In this document: one piece after another, positions 60,139 through 64,000 of the stretch
Layout of the letters: each line of letters opens with the position of its first letter
Numbering within the stretch: the first letter of the stretch is position 1
Virus record (IMG/VR): IMGVR_UViG_3300044530_001128
Location: 1,186 to 65,185 of that record
Source: a virus
Lineage: Duplodnaviria; Caudoviricetes
DNA: 64,000 nucleotides
Direction: 5' to 3' (one strand)
Position numbers and translations under genes: made by a program
The notes under the pieces: model-generated
Databases searched by the model: none
What the model was told of the DNA's origin: nothing
The model's input: only the letters and a program-made list of their open reading frames with translations

Positions 60139-61489
60139 CCCTCCGGTATATGTGGCGTGGCTTTCAGATCACCACGTACCGGGGTTACGATGGTAGGTGG
60201 CTTGTCCTCCTAACGAAGGAGACAGGCAGCCACTACCACTACAGGTACGTGGGCGGGGACCGTAACCTGATCCCCGAGCTATATGAATTTCTGCACACGA
60301 TTGCAAATCCTAGACAGGAGCCGCTCACGCCTGTAGTCCTCGTCCCGGGGTTCCGTATCGCATGGGACGATCCTACCAAATCGGGGACTTATAGCCTGTC
60401 CGCTAACCCCCCAAATTTGGCCGTAGCACCCCTTCGACCGGGGGCGGGGGCTCCACCCCCTTGCCAGCCCCGCGCCCCTCTAGCGCCCCCCAGCCGTACC
60501 ATCGCAACCACGGTATGGCGTTGCCTATCCGAGCGAGCGGGGTACCTTGACTACTCCCAATCTTGGGGAGTACCCATCCACCATCTGGGGTGTATCCTAT
60601 TCTCTGTACCCCGGGGCCAACCCCCAAATGTGGTCAAGTGGGTATGGATCATAGAGCAGCCCAAGCCTGTCCGCCCAACCCGAAAAGACTGAGGGCGGGG
60701 ACCATGATACTGTACATAGCCTTCCTATTCTCTCTAGTAGATGGCAACTACTATGTAGCTGTATTGCTCTGTCTACACTACCTGACTAAGGACCTATGAC
60801 TAGAACTACCCCATTTCGCCTACTTACATAGTTCCATTGCCGTAGCGTTTGACAAGATTTCCCCATCGTAACCCCCACACAGGAAACCCAATAAAATCAA
60901 TGGTTTTGGGGACCTCTACGAACAGAAAAAATGCTTAGGGCGGGGAACATCCTACTACCCTAAACCTATCCCTTATAAGACCTATAGTATATCCATTAGT
61001 ATCTCCTACTCATCCTGTAGACAGTAAACGGGTAGGGCTAGTTCTGCCATCTAGATGTAGATCGGCTACGTGCAGGGGTCTTGTCTGTTCTATGCACTTG
61101 TATTCAGGTCTTCTGTCCGTTCCCAACGCCTGACGTGAGCAAGAAGTAGGTGATGGCGAATTTTTCACAACTATGGAAGTTGATAGTAAATAGTTATGGC
61201 CGAAGGCTCTGTAGAAGATGATGACGCGCGAGTATGGCTGAATGGGTGAATGTGAAGATGAATGTAGAAGGAGTAGGAGAAGAATGATGGAGGAGAAGAA
61301 GAGCAGATGATTGTAGGAGAAGATGGCGTGTAGAATGGGGCGGAGAAGGTGGCCTGTCTTTGCACTCGTTTGCAAATATCCGTGATGATAGTTAACTATC
61401 GTTTGCCATATACGGGGGTTACGATACACTACGAATAGCAACAGCCATTCCGGCTGGGGCAGTAGAAACAGGAAAGCGAGAACTACATC

Positions 61490-61966
61490 ATGGCTATCAA
61501 GCTCAAGACGGCCCCGGCCGTGTCCACCCCCGCCCGCAAGCTGGTGATCGCGGCGAAGCCCTCGAAGGCCAAGGCTGCGGCCCCCGTGGTGGCTGCGCCC
61601 GTGCCCGAGGTCAAGGCGACCGGCGGCAAGTCGGCCAGCGTGCCGCGCTTCATCCACCCGGTGAAGGACCTCTACGATGGGGCCTCCCCCACCACGAATT
61701 CGGGCAAGTCCCGCACGCCGTGGAAGAACGACCAGTTCGGCACCCAGCCCGACCGCTCGCTGACGCCGCGCACCGAGGCGGGGGCCAAGGCCCTGCGCGA
61801 CGTGTACGGGGCCAATCCGTTCAAGCGCGGCAACGTGGACAGCGGTGTCGCCAACGTCCTGATCCAGAAGGGCTACCTGCAGCCCCTCACCGGCGCGGGC
61901 ACCTCGGAGGAGGACACCTACAAGTTCACTCCCCCGGCACTGGCGATCAAGCTCGCCGGGGCCTAG
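61490..61966 (+). CDS. Probably highly expressed basic protein with K/A/P-rich N-terminus and wHTH-like C-terminus
   Basis: Strong codon bias, own promoter (TTGCCA-16-TACACT) and terminator; D.GVANVLIQKGYL....YKFT. Confidence 0.7.
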   Translation: MAIKLKTAPAVSTPARKLVIAAKPSKAKAAAPVVAAPVPEVKATGGKSASVPRFIHPVKDLYDGASPTTNSGKSRTPWKNDQFGTQPDRSLTPRTEAGAKALRDVYGANPFKRGNVDSGVANVLIQKGYLQPLTGAGTSEEDTYKFTPPALAIKLAGA

Positions 61967-61980
61967 TAGGCCCACACCAG

Positions 61981-62014
61981 AAGGCCCCGGGGTAATTCCT
62001 CGGGGCCTTTTTTT
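61981..62014 (+). terminator. Intrinsic terminator
   Basis: AAGGCCCCGGGG/CCTCGGGGCCTT plus T-tract. Confidence 0.85.
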
Positions 62015-62307
62015 GTCCATAGTAAATGCAAGGGGAAGTCGACAGTATATAGGAGTAGACGCGCACGCTAGAAAGATGATGAAGGAGAAGGAGTTGTGCG
62101 TTGTCCGAGAGGATGAACTAAGTCCTAGTACGTTGTGCAATGAAATGTACTAAGGTCTAGTACGTTGAATAAAGAAATGTACTAGGAGTCGTGGAGTTGG
62201 GGCTTGTATGATGAAGAAGGAGTTGTCCGTTTGCAATCGAATGCAAATATGATGACTGCCCCCCATACTCGGGGCGGGCAACCACGCCCATACAGCGGAG
62301 CAACGCT

Positions 62308-62646
62308 ATGAAGGAATACTTTATCGTCCGTCCCCACGCGACCGATCCGGGGCGACTCGACCGAGTTGTCTGCCTCATCGTCTACCGGTTCAGCCACGAG
62401 GTGTTGTACTTCGCGTTCACCCCGGACGCGACCATCGAGGTGTTCACCGAGCGCCACCCCAAGGACTTCGGTGCCGCTGATGTCGCCGAGCGGATCATCA
62501 ACTACATGCATGCCGCCTATGTGGCCCTGCGCCCCAGCGGCATCGCCCCGGCCGGGACGGCCGACATGATCGACGACTTCGTGAAGTGCATCGTGCACTA
62601 CGATCACGCCAAGCCTCCGGGCGACTACATCGAGTTGCCCCGCTAA
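62308..62646 (+). CDS. Hypothetical early protein
   Basis: Cassette leader GGGGCGGGCA...GGAGCAA. Confidence 0.65.
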   Translation: MKEYFIVRPHATDPGRLDRVVCLIVYRFSHEVLYFAFTPDATIEVFTERHPKDFGAADVAERIINYMHAAYVALRPSGIAPAGTADMIDDFVKCIVHYDHAKPPGDYIELPR

Positions 62647-63018
62647 CCGTGTAGTGCCCGCCTCATATCGGGGCGGGCATCACCCTTCCCAAGGAGCCAG
62701 TTATGATGAACGTAAAAGCCATGGACCGTCGCATGGAGGAATATGACCGGATCGTAGACGCAGTGGGCAAGCCCATCCGCAAGTTCTTCGCCTGCCGGGC
62801 TCGTGATGAGCGCATCATCCGCCCGACGTGGGACAGGGGATACTCCCGCCCCATCAGCCATGCCGACTGGCGAGTCTCCACCCACACGAAGGGCTACTGG
62901 CCTGTGGTGTGCGTCCTCCGTCCTCTGCCCAAGATGTACGGTATCCTCTAGCCCGGATGGTGGTCCCGCCCTACAATCGGGGCGGGCACTTCTGCCCACA
63001 CGCCCACACAAGGGGACT

Positions 63019-63240
63019 ATGATGGCTACCGAACGCGAAATGATCGACGCCGTGAAGGCGCATGCTCTCGCCCACTACAACGACAAGGGCACGAGGTGGG
63101 ACTACATCGTGGAGTGCTTCGACGACAAAGACATCGCCGACCGCATCTGCCGCTGCACCACGACGGATGGGGCGATTAAGAAGATGAAGCTCGAAGCCGA
63201 CACCTACCACGAACAGGCGTTGAACGCAGCCGACTACTAG
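63019..63240 (+). CDS. Conserved phage hypothetical protein
   Basis: VKAHALAHYN...WDYIVEC motif; followed by a terminator at 63248-63274. Confidence 0.7.
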   Translation: MMATEREMIDAVKAHALAHYNDKGTRWDYIVECFDDKDIADRICRCTTTDGAIKKMKLEADTYHEQALNAADY

Positions 63241-64000
63241 GAGGAGGAGCCCCCTAAGTCGGGGGCTTTTCTTTGTCTAAGTGCTAGGATGTACACAGTA
63301 AATGCTTATAGACAGTAAAGACGAATGATGATGGAGTCCGCCGAATGATGAAGTACGGCGCGGAAAGATGAAGAAGGAGGAGAAGGAGTCGAGTGCAGAC
63401 TGTCTGTATGTGCAGTGCAGTAGGTGTAGTGCGATAGTGCAGATGTCGTGTATGTGCGCTGCAGCAGGTGAAGGAGGTGTTAGACAGTATATGTACATGT
63501 AGAAGGTGGGGAAGATGATGATGTTCCGCGCTCGGCCGGATTGAAAATCGTTCGCAATCGCATGCTGCGGTGCACAATCGCACCTGCGATATCGCACGCG
63601 CGTGCACCCTCGCGCTTGCACAATCCTATCGCGCAACGGTCGCGCCTCGGTCCCGTTGCGCTACCCTAGCCGGTTGCGGGGCGATACCCGCCCCCTCGGT
63701 CTACTATCGCAACCCACTAACGCGACCCATAGCCGGGCGCACGCGTCAACGGAAAAAACAATTTGCACTGCATTTTGCGGGGGATAAAAACCGATTTGCC
63801 CGCCACGCCCTATCGGAGCCGGGAAACGTACAATCTAGCACGGGACACCCTAAAACCGTCCTACGGGCAAATTTCCGGGGCTAGCGTGCGTCAAGCGCTA
63901 ATATCGCCCCTCGCACAAATAAACTCCGGGATATCCCACAATGCGCCATTGCCAGCGCTTGCGCGCTTCTATATCCGCGCGCCCCGCGTTCCTCCCCCCC

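Larger units (their letters stand above)
2228..62247. repeat. Dispersed 18-bp palindrome TTTGCAAnCGnTTGCAAA (~37 copies)
   Basis: Starts at 2228, 3708, 7574, 9401, 11480, 13309, 15032, 17168, 18757, 19370, 20417, 22602, 24343, 25292, 26030, 26993, 29057, 29906, 32263, 33961, 35502, 36108, 38217, 39815, 41341, 43414, 44637, 46443, 48580, 49570, 50446, 53307, 54729, 57444, 60290, 61359, 62230. Confidence 0.95.

Noticed and set aside
61010-62140. 376-aa minus-strand ORF
   Set aside because: A composite of low-complexity pyrimidine tracts and the antisense of the 61490 gene
2228-62247. Palindromic repeats as a CRISPR array or REP elements
   Set aside because: Copies are ~kb apart and inside genes, with no 30-40-bp spacers and no cas operon; the Cas4-like gene is a typical stand-alone phage nuclease
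63540-64000. GC-rich terminal stretch with TATCGC repeats as a cos/pac site
   Set aside because: Cannot be distinguished from an arbitrary window edge without read-terminus data

Overview
This window is a ~64 kb part of a tailed dsDNA phage genome (siphovirus-type, GC-rich, probably with a Gram-negative host because it encodes spanins). Essentially all real genes are on the + strand. Gene order: lambda-like tail module (tape measure C-terminus, M, L, K, I, J, LamG protein, fibres); lysis cassette; a repeat-built putative head-fibre protein; two small non-coding transcription units; a Ycf46-like AAA/DUF1257/DUF2997 module; a full replication/recombination block (O-like initiator with internal ori, DnaC-like, DnaB, UDG-fused PolA, primase, SSB, SF2 helicase, RecA, two resolvases, Cas4-like nuclease); then about 40 small early-type genes in repeated promoter-hairpin-RBS cassettes, and a purine-skewed end region. 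No terminase, portal, capsid or integrase gene was seen. The most striking feature is an 18-bp palindrome (TTTGCAAnCGnTTGCAAA). I found about 37 copies by eye, on average one per ~1.7 kb, roughly half inside genes and nearly always in the same reading frame. Candidate binders are encoded nearby, led by an apparently highly expressed DUF3102-like HTH protein with histone-H1-like tails whose own promoter carries a site. This suggests an undescribed genome-wide phage DNA organisation or repression system. All assignments come from motif recognition by eye; no searches were run.
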